Part shown: piece by piece, positions 9,008 through 18,498 of the stretch | How the letters are laid out: the number at the start of each line of letters is the position of its first letter | Numbering within the stretch: position 1 is the stretch's first letter | Source: a virus | Strand: one strand, 5' to 3' | DNA: 64,000 nucleotides | Virus record (IMG/VR): IMGVR_UViG_2667527224_000001 | The notes under the pieces: generated by a model | Told to the model about the DNA's origin: nothing | Databases searched by the model: none | The model's input: the letters and a program-made list of their open reading frames with translations, nothing else | Translations under genes and position numbers: made by a program

Positions 9008-9325
9008 TCAACCACCAGAGTCAACTCCCCCGCCGCCATTCGCTACTGTCGAGATAACGGAATTGTCTGGATCAAGGTACAAATCAATAATGCACCCACT
9101 TTCATTGAGGAAAATGGTGATTCTTCCCGGTTCTATCTTCTCGGTTACCGCATCACCAGCTCGCACAACCCGACACTTCCTACCAATCAGATCTTTGATT
9201 GTCGTAGGAACGCCTGAAAGAGGGAAAGGAACCGGCCTTGTATTACTCCATGGCCAAACGTGCGAACCACCTCCGTCACCTGTGCCGCCCATAGCAGCCT
9301 CCCAAATGTAAGTGTTGGCAGTCAC
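9008..9325 (-). CDS. Peptidase inhibitor I78-like small protein
   Basis: LIGRKCRVVRAGDAVTEKIEPGRITIFLNESGCI resembles I78 pattern. Confidence 0.5.
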   Translation of the reverse strand: MTANTYIWEAAMGGTGDGGGSHVWPWSNTRPVPFPLSGVPTTIKDLIGRKCRVVRAGDAVTEKIEPGRITIFLNESGCIIDLYLDPDNSVISTVANGGGGVDSGG

Positions 9326-9382
9326 TGCCAGAAACTAAAGCAAAGCCCACAAACTCAAATCACGCCAGCCGGCGAGGGTCCC

Positions 9383-9577
9383 ATGTCGCCATATAGAACC
9401 TCAGGGACGACCGTCGTGATCTTCTCCGGCGGGCGGACCAGCGCCTACATGCTGCACCAGGTACTGGATAACGACGATGACCTCTGCGATCTGGTTGTCA
9501 CCGTCGCCAAAACCGGCAAAGAACACCCGCCGTGCTCGAGTTCGTCCGAGAATATGCCAATCTCGACCGGGCCATAG
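9383..9577 (+). pseudogene. N-terminal remnant of PAPS-reductase-family protein
   Basis: FSGGRTSAYML PP-loop, TGKEH; truncated. Confidence 0.75.
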
Positions 9578-9599
9578 CCGGTTTCTTTAGCAATTAGCG

Positions 9600-10313
9600 C
9601 TAAACCATTTTTTTCACTCGTTCCCATTCACTTTTTAATATGCTCTGAGATATTTTTACAAGATCATCACATTTTCCGGAAAGCATAAAACCTTCATCGG
9701 CGGCACGATTACAAATTTCTTGAGATATGCGGACTAAATATTGAGAGTCAGATTCTTCCGGGTTTATATACAGCTCAATTAAGGAAAGATACCTTCTTGC
9801 CTCGCCATTTGCCGATACTATCTTTGCCCTTAACTCTCGATCACGATGCTCTACTGCCATAAGATCATCAAACGTCTCAGGATTCAATTTTGTGCGACGC
9901 TGATTAAGCACGTGTAGTGATCGAACCTCAAAGCAGGATGCAATAAAGTTTGAAATCGTTAACCGCAAACCATTTATCCATTCCTGCCTATTCTTGGCTA
10001 CATTTTCTGCCTTACTGCGCTCCAACTGTTTATCCGCACTATCTTTTGAAATTTTCTCTTGCGAATCGGTAGTAATTTTGAAGTTTCTTACTGTAGTCCA
10101 TGTACCTAAAACGACAATAAACGCGGTCAAAATAATGCCAGCCAAGCCTAGCCAGTCAGTGCCGGAGTCAACCTTAATTTCAGGGATTCTGTATACGCCA
10201 AGCATCATCGCATCCACAGTCATAATTTCTCCCCTTTCGACTTGAATTACTTTGCCATTACTTTCGGAATGAGGTGCCGGCATCCCCATAAAAACCATGG
10301 TTAGCCAAGGCAA
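9600..10313 (-). CDS. Single-TM, helical antisense cargo protein
   Basis: TM WLGLAGIILTAFIVVLGTW then charged domain; AT-rich; start uncertain. Confidence 0.7.
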   Translation of the reverse strand: MPWLTMVFMGMPAPHSESNGKVIQVERGEIMTVDAMMLGVYRIPEIKVDSGTDWLGLAGIILTAFIVVLGTWTTVRNFKITTDSQEKISKDSADKQLERSKAENVAKNRQEWINGLRLTISNFIASCFEVRSLHVLNQRRTKLNPETFDDLMAVEHRDRELRAKIVSANGEARRYLSLIELYINPEESDSQYLVRISQEICNRAADEGFMLSGKCDDLVKISQSILKSEWERVKKMV

Positions 10314-10641
10314 TTGCCGGACTCAAACCTTCCGAATGACAACAAGAGTAGATCAGCGCTCCGCACTGACAGTACCTCCCTGCGCGACTCGCGTCAGCTT
10401 GGCCATGCCGTGCCTACCCTGGAGCGCGCCCGTCGCCGAAAAGCTGATCACCCCCAAACGAATACAGTTAGGGCTTAGGCAGGGGGATTGCTGATGGTTC
10501 TCCTGCCGGGAGCTGCGAGTTACGCGACTGGCGAGGCGAACCAATAGACCTTAGTTCGCCTGCTCAGCCTCCCTTTCACCCTTCATCCGATTTCACAATC
10601 CATCTACAAGTCTGCCGGTGAACGGTGGGCGAGGAATTCCT

Positions 10642-11489
10642 ATGCCTGAAATCAGCCTGCACCTAGGCGACTGTCTTGAGGTAATGAGGCAGCTGCCAGA
10701 TGCCAGTGTCGACATGGTGCTGGCCGATCTGCCCTACGGCACAACCCAATGTGTCTGGGACGTGATTATCCCCTTCGAGCCGCTCTGGCGTGAGTTCTTG
10801 CGAATCGCCAAGCCGGAGGCCGCCATCGTGCTGTGTGCGGCCCAGCCGTTCGCCTCGATGGTGGTCGCAAGTAACCCGAAGCACTATCGTTACGAATGGA
10901 TCTGGGAGAAAGGCAACGCCACCGGCTTCCTGAACGCCAAGAAGCAACCCCTTCGGGAACACGAAAGCGCCCAGGTCTTCTACCGCCAGCAGCCCCCGTG
11001 TACAACCCGCAGATGTCGGCCGGACATGAGCGGAAGACGAGCAAGCGCAAGACGGTCAACTCGGAGTGCTATGGCAAAGCATTGGCGCTCACCGAATACG
11101 ACTCGACAGAGCGGTACCCACGATCGGTGCAGTTCTTCTCGAGCGACAAGCAGTCTGGGAGCTTCCATCCGACACAGAAGCCGGTTGCGTGGATGGCTTT
11201 CCTGATCAGCACCTACAGCAACCCCGGGCAAGTGGTGCTGGATAACACAATGGGCAGCGGCACCACTGGCGTGGCCTGCGTGCAGCTAGGGCGCCAGTTC
11301 ATCGGTATTGAGCAGGACGCCGAAATCTTCGGTACCGCTCAAGGGCGAATCGCCGGCGCGGTAACTCTCCGCGATACCACGGTGCCGCAAATCGAATTGT
11401 TTGAGGCAACAGCCTCCCCCCCCTCCCCACCTTCTGTCGCCACGCGGCATGGAGCAACGCCGCCCGAACCGGCCATAGGTATTCAATGA
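10642..11489 (+). pseudogene. Beta-class N4C/N6A DNA methyltransferase, frameshifted
   Basis: DLPY, HPTQKP, DNTMGSGTT motifs in two frames; shift at C5 run 10993-10997. Confidence 0.85.
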
Positions 11490-11689
11490 AGCGAGAACTG
11501 ATAAAGATCAGCGAGTTTCAGCGCCGGCGCTGGGGCGAAAACGGTACACCGCAATGCCCACAGGCCATCCGCAACCACATCCGCAATGGCGATGTGCCTG
11601 GGGAGCAGATCGGAAGACTCTGGCACGTTGACTGGGCAGCATTCAGCCGCTCGCAGGGCAACGACCTCGTCGCTATGGTATTGAAATGA
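11486..11689 (+). CDS. xis: Excisionase-like protein
   Basis: Small winged-helix-like ORF (GEQIGRLWHVD) directly upstream of integrase. Confidence 0.75.
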   Translation: MKRELIKISEFQRRRWGENGTPQCPQAIRNHIRNGDVPGEQIGRLWHVDWAAFSRSQGNDLVAMVLK

Positions 11690-11697
11690 GCTGCATG

Positions 11698-12812
11698 ATG
11701 GTGCCACGGCCGCACAGCCCTGCGAACAAGGGACTCTTGCGCAGAATCTGTACTATGACGCGGGCCGCTCGACCTATCGCTACCGGCGGCCTACCGACGG
11801 GAAGTGGTTCCAGTTTGGCACCGACCGCATCAAGGCGATCGACGCAGCAAAGCAATTGAATCTTGAGTTTATGCACGGCGCCGATCTGGTCGGCGCAGTG
11901 TTGAATAACACCTCAGAAACATTTGCCGGTTTCCTCGACACCTACGAGCGCGATGTCCTGCCACCTCGAGAGCTGGCCAAGGGAGCCCTGGGCCTGTACG
12001 CGGTGCACTTTAGGCGGTTTCGCAAGCAGTTTGAGGGCAAGGCTGTAGACCAGATCACGACTCGAATGATCGCGGAGATGCTGGACGCCCTCACCCCGCG
12101 CACGGCGAACCAGTGCCGAGCCCTGCTGATCGACATTTTCAACCACGCCGCAGCAAAGGGGCTGTGCCCGGACAACCCCGCCGCCAGCACCATAAACCGC
12201 ATCGAGAAGAAGCAGCGCAAACGTCACACCGTAGAAGACCTAAAGGCCATCAGGGAGAAGGCGCCAGTCTGGGTTCAGAACGCAATTGACCTGGCCCTGA
12301 TCACTGCCCAGCGCCGCACCGACATCCTCGATATGCGATTCGACGGAGTGCGTGATGGGTTTCTCTATCTGGTGCAGAAGAAAACCGCAAAGGCCAGTGA
12401 CGCGGCGTGGATTCGCTTCCGGGTGACGCCCGAGCTGCAGGCAGTCATCAGCCGCTGCCGTGACGACACCGCATCACCTTACCTGGTGCACCGGAAGCCT
12501 GATCGCCTGAAACAGAAACAGGCGCAGACCAAGGACCACTGGACGAAGGTTGAGGAACGGTATTTGACGCGAGCATTCAAGGAAGCCAGGGAGGTGGCAA
12601 ACTGCTACGCAGGATGGAAGGAAGAAGAGATGCCTGGCTTCCACGAAGTGCGAGCGCTGTCACTGCACCTGTACAAGAAAGCCGGAAAGGACGGTCAGAA
12701 AATCGCAGGTCATGCGAGCGAGGGTATGACCAAAAACTACCAGCGCGACCACGAAGAAATCATCTGGTCAGAGGTGATTCCGGACCTGAATATCAGCGAA
12801 ATCACCGGATAG
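11698..12812 (+). pseudogene. int: Lambda-family tyrosine integrase, frameshifted near codon 13
   Basis: MVPRPHSPANKGL out of frame with QNLY...; catalytic R (TAQRRTD), HEVR, H (GHASE), Y (KNY) intact downstream. Confidence 0.85.
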
Positions 12813-12842
12813 TTTTGCGCCAGTTTTGCGCGGGTTTTGCGC
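12812..12842 (+). repeat. Three GTTTTGCGC direct repeats, probable integrase arm sites
   Basis: 11-bp period at 12812, 12823, 12834, between int and att core. Confidence 0.7.
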
Positions 12843-12847
12843 AGACA

Positions 12848-12874
12848 CAAAAAAGCCGATCTAGATGATCGGCT
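12848..12874 (-). terminator. Intrinsic terminator downstream of tRNA 3' end
   Basis: AAGCCGATC-N-GATCGGCTTTTTT on minus strand. Confidence 0.75.
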
Positions 12875-12901
12875 TAAGTGCCTGATTTTACTCAGGAAAT
12901 A

Positions 12902-12949
12902 TGGTCGGGACGGAGTGATTCGAACACTCGACCCCTAGCACCCCATGCT
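12902..12949 (-). tRNA. 3' fragment only of tRNA-Pro(GGG), att core (not a functional tRNA)
   Basis: Minus strand AGCATGGGGTGCTAGGGGTCGAGTGTTCGAATCACTCCGTCCCGACCA: anticodon arm, T-arm, CCA; 5' half absent. Confidence 0.85.
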
Positions 12950-13137
12950 TGAAAATGGGCACAAGGCCCAGCATTTACTGGCTCTCCCTCTGGCGCTCGC
13001 TGCAAACGGTGCCTTACAGAGGCGAACAGGTAATAGCGAATCCCCGAAAAAGTCCCCACGCCTATTTGGCCTGTCCTTGGCGTTCTGCCGACCTCAAACT
13101 CCCCTGCTAAGCTCATTTCCTCCGCGGAGGAAATTCC

Positions 13138-13347
13138 ATGCCCAACTCAGACCTGCTCCCTTCCCTGCTATTCAAGATCAACGAAAACCAACTCGCCCTT
13201 GAAGCCGCCATCATGGAGCTCACGCTTTGGGTTGAGCAGCGTGGCGCAGCCGATGTAGCTGACAACGTTCGCAGCGCCTTGGACGCAATCGACCGGAACG
13301 AGGAATTCATCAAAATGACTCTGGCGGTGATGATGACGCCGGAGTGA
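13138..13347 (+). CDS. Conserved small prophage-end hypothetical (69 aa)
   Basis: GGAGG RBS; remnant paralog at 345-426. Confidence 0.75.
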   Translation: MPNSDLLPSLLFKINENQLALEAAIMELTLWVEQRGAADVADNVRSALDAIDRNEEFIKMTLAVMMTPE

Positions 13348-13498
13348 TCGATAACGGCTGTGGATTCAACCGGTCGACGCAACACAACTAAATTCAGCGC
13401 AAGCAGAAAACCCGCGTATGCGGGCTCTCTGGTCGCTACCAAGGTAAAGTTATCGCTGTAATCCCTTACTCAATAACGGCCTACACCTACGGTGGCCA

Positions 13499-14257
13499 TT
13501 AACCGTACACCGCTTCCACTCGGCGAGCTTTTGCGGCAAAGGCAACCAAGACCACCAAGACTGCGGCAAGTACCAACGAGGAACCTACGGTACCAAAGTC
13601 CAGGCCTCCTTTTTCATGCGGTTTGGTCAGGAAATCGCCGAGGGTTGCACCGAACGGACGGGTGAGGACAAATGCCATCCAGAACAGCAGTACACCGGAG
13701 ATACGGGTGTAAAACCTGGCCAGCACCACGGCGATGATCGCCGAACCGATCAGCAGTGCGCCACCGGCAAAGCCAAGACCGGAGTCGTCAGCCAAATAGT
13801 CACCTAGCGCAGTGCCCAGGGTGTTGGAGATCAAAATAGCTGTCCAGTAGAACAATTCACCCTTAGTGGTGTGGATGCTATTCACCGATAAGCTTTTTTC
13901 GCTCAGGCGCCAAACCGCAAAAATCGTGATCAGCAGGCTGATCAAAATCAGCGATCCAGAGGCATAGCCAAGGCCTAGGGTGCGGTCCATAAAGTCCGAC
14001 ATTGTCGTGCCCGCGGTACTGGTGGAGAGAATCACGATCCAGTACAGCACCGGGTTATGACTCTTGGAAAACAGCTGCATGCCAAGCGTCACCAGAAAGG
14101 CGCTGATCAGGATCAGCGAACTCATGGCGTAGCCCACGTTCAGGGTCATTGAAAGCAGATCACCGGCGGTCTCGCCGAGAGTAGTGGCACAGATTTTCAT
14201 AACCCAGAAAGCCAGGGTTATTTCCGGCAGCTTGTTCAGGTTGATATTGGTGCTCAT
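13499..14257 (-). CDS. COG4705/DUF347-repeat membrane protein
   Basis: KLPEITLAFWVMKICATTLGETAGD; duplicated GTxxxDF / TLGTALGD; many TMs. Confidence 0.8.
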   Translation of the reverse strand: MSTNINLNKLPEITLAFWVMKICATTLGETAGDLLSMTLNVGYAMSSLILISAFLVTLGMQLFSKSHNPVLYWIVILSTSTAGTTMSDFMDRTLGLGYASGSLILISLLITIFAVWRLSEKSLSVNSIHTTKGELFYWTAILISNTLGTALGDYLADDSGLGFAGGALLIGSAIIAVVLARFYTRISGVLLFWMAFVLTRPFGATLGDFLTKPHEKGGLDFGTVGSSLVLAAVLVVLVAFAAKARRVEAVYG

Positions 14258-14484
14258 GAAGAAGACGCATTCCTGATCGGGAAAGGGTAAGTGGGTATCG
14301 CGCTGAGGAATCAGTTATGAATTACGCATGGGAACAATCAGCGAGCTGTGCCGCGACGTTAAGCGACGCTCAACTTTCGCGAAAGAAAAGATACAGCGCA
14401 ATACTTAGCTGAGACTGAGGGGGTGCTGATGTGTTTGCCAAGGGTGCTGACCGGCAGCAAAGGGTCGATTATAGCCCTTCAACC

Positions 14485-14601
14485 TCAGCGCGAAACTTCC
14501 CTGACGTACGCTTGGCACGCCGCCAGCGCAGTCAATCCCCGGTCACCCTCGTCGGTGATTCCGATAATTCTTTGAGCATGCGCTGGGTCAAGTCGGGCGC
14601 G
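14485..14601 (-). pseudogene. C-terminal remnant of Rz-type i-spanin
   Basis: RADLDPAHAQRIIGITDEGDRGLTALAACQAYVREVSR*. Confidence 0.75.
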
Positions 14602-14642
14602 TTATCTTGGTCGCGCCCCCCCAAGGAGTGCTTAACCACCAC

Positions 14643-15221
14643 TCACTTTTTGAAAAAAAGCTTCTTGGCCGCGAAGACTGCAACCGCGCCAGCGATTCCT
14701 ACAGGTCCACCAACTACTGCAGCTGCGCCAATTAATGCAGATTTCGCCGTAACTTTTAAGGCTGCTTCTACTGGCTTCTCTGACTCAGAGGCAGCATCGA
14801 ATCCATTTTTTAATGCTGATGCGGAGGCAATTGCAGTAACCACAGCAGCACCACCTGGGACGATATGAGCAAGTGTATTTCCCGCCATGGAGAATACGGA
14901 CCGGACCTGCTCGCTGGTGGTGGTGCCATAGATGCACCAGTCCACAAAATGCTCACAGTTGTTCGTGACCAGATTGTAGGAGTCTTCACCCAGTCGCGTA
15001 TACCCTCGAGCAATGCGCGCTTCAGCGTCATGCACCGCCAATGGATGCGACTCCACAACGGTGGGCATGCCACCGCTGAATTTTTCGAGGCTTACTCTGC
15101 AGATAGGTCCAGACACACTATCCCCAAAACCAGAATAATGGAGCACCTCACCGGCACCAATATAGATGCCATGGTGGGTATATCCGCACCTTACGCTCAC
15201 CAAATGGTCGCCCCTGCGCAT
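14643..15221 (-). CDS. LRAT/NC-domain (permuted NlpC/P60) protein with hydrophobic C-tail
   Basis: YTHHGIY, VLHY, YNLVTNNCEHF motifs. Confidence 0.85.
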   Translation of the reverse strand: MRRGDHLVSVRCGYTHHGIYIGAGEVLHYSGFGDSVSGPICRVSLEKFSGGMPTVVESHPLAVHDAEARIARGYTRLGEDSYNLVTNNCEHFVDWCIYGTTTSEQVRSVFSMAGNTLAHIVPGGAAVVTAIASASALKNGFDAASESEKPVEAALKVTAKSALIGAAAVVGGPVGIAGAVAVFAAKKLFFKK

Positions 15222-15326
15222 AACCTAATCCCTGATAAAGATTAGCGATGATGGCATCTTGCCGTGCCACTCCACAAGACCAAACGAATTCGATGAGTAG
15301 ACAGGTTTTTGATCATATACCGCGGG

Positions 15327-15602
15327 CTATCGGCTATCGGACGCCTTCATAAACTTGCTCACAGATAACTCCCCTGGCTCGGGCTTGGTCAGCAACTTCA
15401 GCCAGATCTCCCGCTCTCTGGTCAGCGCGCTTGAGCACGTCGGCAAGCACCATTGCGGCGCGGGCAGCTGCCTGGCTTGCGGCGGCAGTGCAGGAATGGC
15501 CGCTGGCATCACTGGTTGCGAGCCGAGCGGCAAGGTTGTCGGCTGCCCCGCGCAGGCCGTCAGCAGAAGCGCGAGCGGCAGCAGCATCAGCAATCGCCTC
15601 AT
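15327..15602 (-). CDS. Embedded Rz1-like o-spanin lipoprotein
   Basis: MRRLLMLLPLALLLTAC lipobox, Pro-rich, nested in spanin gene in another frame. Confidence 0.75.
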   Translation of the reverse strand: MRRLLMLLPLALLLTACAGQPTTLPLGSQPVMPAAIPALPPQARQLPAPQWCLPTCSSALTREREIWLKLLTKPEPGELSVSKFMKASDSR

Positions 15603-15843
15603 CGATACGTTGTTGTCCATTTTGGATTGCCTTGTTGATTGACTGTTGACGGGCTTGTTCCTTGGCGCGCTCGGCGGTTTCATTCGCCAGCTTCGCGGCG
15701 ATGTCCAGGGCGTCGCGCGCTTCCCACTTCCCTTTCCACTCAGCATCCTTCACTGATAGCCCGTGATGGTAGGCGCCGAACAGCGCGCCGACGGCGAGAG
15801 CAATCAGCAGCAGGATCGCGCCGGCTTTGGCATAGGTCGTCAT
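15334..15843 (-). CDS. DUF2514 Rz-like i-spanin
   Basis: N-terminal TM, Ala-rich coiled coil, RARGVICEQVY; follows endolysin. Confidence 0.8.
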   Translation of the reverse strand: MTTYAKAGAILLLIALAVGALFGAYHHGLSVKDAEWKGKWEARDALDIAAKLANETAERAKEQARQQSINKAIQNGQQRIDEAIADAAAARASADGLRGAADNLAARLATSDASGHSCTAAASQAAARAAMVLADVLKRADQRAGDLAEVADQARARGVICEQVYEGVR

Positions 15844-16373
15844 GGCAGCACCGCCGTCGCCTTGCTCCAAAGCTTCAGCCGATCAGCCTGGCCATTGAGC
15901 CCGCCATTGATCCGCCGGGTGATTTTTTCGAAGTCGCCCGCATCAGCCAGGGCGTTCAGCCCATTGGTTGCCCAGAACCATGCGGCCGACAAGCACGCGT
16001 TCTTCGGCTGCTCCAACAGCTCTGGCTGATTGATCAGGTCGAGGGCCAGGGCTTCGCCGCACGCCGCATAGTTTGCCCGACCGGTAATCTGGATCAGGCC
16101 CCGGCCGCGATACTTGAAGCCGTCGCCCGGGACGGTGTTGCCCAAGTCCTTGCGACCTTCGTACTTGGCCTGGGCAGGGGTTGGCCCCCAGATTTCACGA
16201 ACGTAGACCAAATGACCGGACTCATGTCCGATCTGGGCAATGAAAGCAGCCACTCGTTTGGAGCCGATAATCTGGAACCGACCCATGGCCGTGTTGAGGA
16301 CAGGAACAAAAACGCCGGCTTTGGCGCCGGCGTTCGGGAGGATCTGCAGCAGCTGCTGCGCGGTGATGGGCAT
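15840..16373 (-). CDS. GH19 endolysin
   Basis: AQIGHESG, YRGRGLIQITG, RRINGG. Confidence 0.92.
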   Translation of the reverse strand: MPITAQQLLQILPNAGAKAGVFVPVLNTAMGRFQIIGSKRVAAFIAQIGHESGHLVYVREIWGPTPAQAKYEGRKDLGNTVPGDGFKYRGRGLIQITGRANYAACGEALALDLINQPELLEQPKNACLSAAWFWATNGLNALADAGDFEKITRRINGGLNGQADRLKLWSKATAVLP

Positions 16374-16781
16374 TTACTGATCTCCAGACGAAGAAAACCC
16401 CGAACGGGTCGGGGTCTTGGTGTAGTGCTTGGCGCCGCCTATTCGGACGCCGGCCCAGAACAGCCAGGATCGCCATCGAGCTACGCCTTCCGCGCGCAAT
16501 GCCCGGTAAAGGACCGCGTCCGCCTCCTTGCGAGTGACCTGCCCGCCAAAATAAAGCCAGTCGTGCACAGTCGCCGCGTAGTTCCCGTAACCAGCCACCA
16601 GGGCGAACAGTACAAACAGAAAGACGTTGTGCAGCACCTGAACGCTGGCGAAGTCGGTGACGAAGCCGGCCGGCACGATGATCGTGCGTTGCTCCTCATC
16701 GGCCAGCACTAGGTCGTCGAGCAGTTTGTAGGTGCGGCGGTCGGTCTGGTCGGTTTTCAGGGTGGTGACAAATCGGCTCAT
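16374..16781 (-). CDS. DUF1353 protein
   Basis: VPAGFVTDFAS, VHDWLY, EAD motifs. Confidence 0.85.
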   Translation of the reverse strand: MSRFVTTLKTDQTDRRTYKLLDDLVLADEEQRTIIVPAGFVTDFASVQVLHNVFLFVLFALVAGYGNYAATVHDWLYFGGQVTRKEADAVLYRALRAEGVARWRSWLFWAGVRIGGAKHYTKTPTRSGFSSSGDQ

Positions 16782-17350
16782 GCGGGCAACTCCAGTTCCG
16801 GCAACTCCAGCAGGAAGTCCTCAACAGTCGGCTGCGTTCGCTCTCCCGCTTTTACGGCGGCCAATTGTTCATAGGCATAGGCCCAGACCAAAGATCGCCA
16901 AGCGCGAAAGGCCTTGCCGTCATTTTGGAATTTGGGCACCGCTGGCTCTTCGGCATAGCTCACAGCCGTGGCAATACTGTCGTAGCGGGCCGCAATAGCG
17001 GCTTCGTTGAGCCTGGCCTGTATCGCTTGCTCGAAAGCCGCCGTGATCTCAGCCTGAATCAACGCCTCCCGCGCCGCCTTCTCTGCCGCCGTCATAGCTA
17101 CCTGTTTGCGGGTCACCAGTACGACCTGGCGCTCGGCATCCAGGGTAAGCACCTCGGCACCCCACTTCTTGTTCGCCCCCAGTTCGCCGTCGCCGTTTTC
17201 TTCCGGCCACCATGCGAGGTTTTGCACTCCCAGCGATGGATCGGTCCACGACAGATCGGCGAGCGCTGCAATTGACTCGGGCGTGCCGGACTGGTCAAGG
17301 AACTCGGGCACAGGCTCTCGGACGGCGTTACCGTTTTCAATTTTGATCAT
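16778..17350 (-). CDS. Tail fibre assembly-like protein (DUF4376-like)
   Basis: YDSIATAVSY...FRAWRSLVW; position after fibre gene. Confidence 0.65.
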   Translation of the reverse strand: MIKIENGNAVREPVPEFLDQSGTPESIAALADLSWTDPSLGVQNLAWWPEENGDGELGANKKWGAEVLTLDAERQVVLVTRKQVAMTAAEKAAREALIQAEITAAFEQAIQARLNEAAIAARYDSIATAVSYAEEPAVPKFQNDGKAFRAWRSLVWAYAYEQLAAVKAGERTQPTVEDFLLELPELELPA

Positions 17351-18498
17351 TATGAAACCCTCACGAATGCTGTTTTATCGGGGTCGAGTGCTTGCACGCT
17401 CGGAAGGTTGAAGCTTGTGGCAGGGAGAAGACTGATTCGCGCAACCAGATTTAAGGATGATGTAGAAAGAACAACCATGTAGCCACCTCCTACCGCGTAG
17501 GATTGGTTGTAAGAATTAGCTGGTGAAGTAATGGCAGTACCAAATTTCTCGGGAAGGTCAAAATTAACTACTGACTGTCCTGTTACGGGAAATAAGAAAA
17601 ACCTGCCGAAGGCAAAAGCAGCTAGTAGGTTTAACCCGGTGGCGGTGCCTGAGAACCAAGAGAGCCCGTCCCAAGAGTATGTTGCTGCCGCGCCTGTAGT
17701 GTTAGACGTCGCAACAAAGAAACCGTTACCGTAGGCCAGCCCTGTTACCCGCCGCGCGGTTGGTAATGCACTAGAAGTCCAAACTACACCGTCTGCTGTA
17801 CTAGATACATATGCCGAATTATTCGAAAGGTCGCCAACGACAAAACGACCGGAGCCGTATGCCATCCGTGATTGGCCAGTACCAATCCCAGCAGTATTGT
17901 TACTGGCCACCCAAGCAATGCCATCTAGTGAATAACCTGCACCATTCGCAATATTACCCCCGAATGCTACAAACCTTCCTCCCCCGTAGGCGATAGACGA
18001 CCACGCTGCCGCGGACGGCATGACTCTTTGCGTCCATACCGCACCGTCGTTAGTCGATGCGCTGAAAGCTACGCCGGTAGCGATAGCGACGAAAACCCCA
18101 CCTCCGTATGCGATACCTGTATAGGTTGCCGCCGGCAATGCACCACCAGCCTGCCATGTAGCCCCAAAGTCTGAAGAGACAGCGGATAACCCGGTGGAAC
18201 TTATGGCAATGAACAGTCCATTTCCGTAAGCGACACTTACCCATGTAGCAGTCGCAGGAAGGGAAACCGTGGTAAACGAGTTGGTTGTAACCGCCTGCGT
18301 ATAAGCATCGCCAATCGCGCGATACAAGGCCGAGTAGTTATCCTTCAGCAAACTCCGCCCATCGGCGGGCAACTCATTCGCCGCAGCAATGCCAGCGTGA
18401 GCCATTACAGTTCCTACCGCAGATATAGAGCTAATCGCGCTGCGAGGAATCCCCAAAGGATTGCCAAGCGGATTCCCCAAAGGGTTACCGTAAGCCAT
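17350..18498 (-). CDS. Receptor-binding/fibre-like protein: collar motif plus beta-propeller-type repeats
   Basis: VGTVMAHAG...DGRSL...LYRAIG collar; repeated W..(I/V)AYG.G.FVA units; N-terminal (GNPL)x3. Confidence 0.7.
   Translation of the reverse strand: MAYGNPLGNPLGNPLGIPRSAISSISAVGTVMAHAGIAAANELPADGRSLLKDNYSALYRAIGDAYTQAVTTNSFTTVSLPATATWVSVAYGNGLFIAISSTGLSAVSSDFGATWQAGGALPAATYTGIAYGGGVFVAIATGVAFSASTNDGAVWTQRVMPSAAAWSSIAYGGGRFVAFGGNIANGAGYSLDGIAWVASNNTAGIGTGQSRMAYGSGRFVVGDLSNNSAYVSSTADGVVWTSSALPTARRVTGLAYGNGFFVATSNTTGAAATYSWDGLSWFSGTATGLNLLAAFAFGRFFLFPVTGQSVVNFDLPEKFGTAITSPANSYNQSYAVGGGYMVVLSTSSLNLVARISLLPATSFNLPSVQALDPDKTAFVRVS

Larger units (their letters stand above)
1..12949. mobile_element. 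Cryptic, internally deleted prophage (left end outside window)
   Basis: Endolysin/spanin remnants, YqaJ, xis and int present; head, tail, replication and immunity genes absent; several frameshifts and stops; ends at tRNA-derived att core. Confidence 0.9.

Noticed and set aside
12902-12977. Intact tRNA-Pro gene
   Set aside because: Similarity stops after the anticodon arm; D-arm and acceptor 5' strand are absent
15639-16712. 357-aa plus-strand ORF and similar long antisense ORFs (31603, 35386, 42390, 62930 etc.)
   Set aside because: Shadow ORFs opposite clear genes in GC-rich DNA; no motifs or RBS
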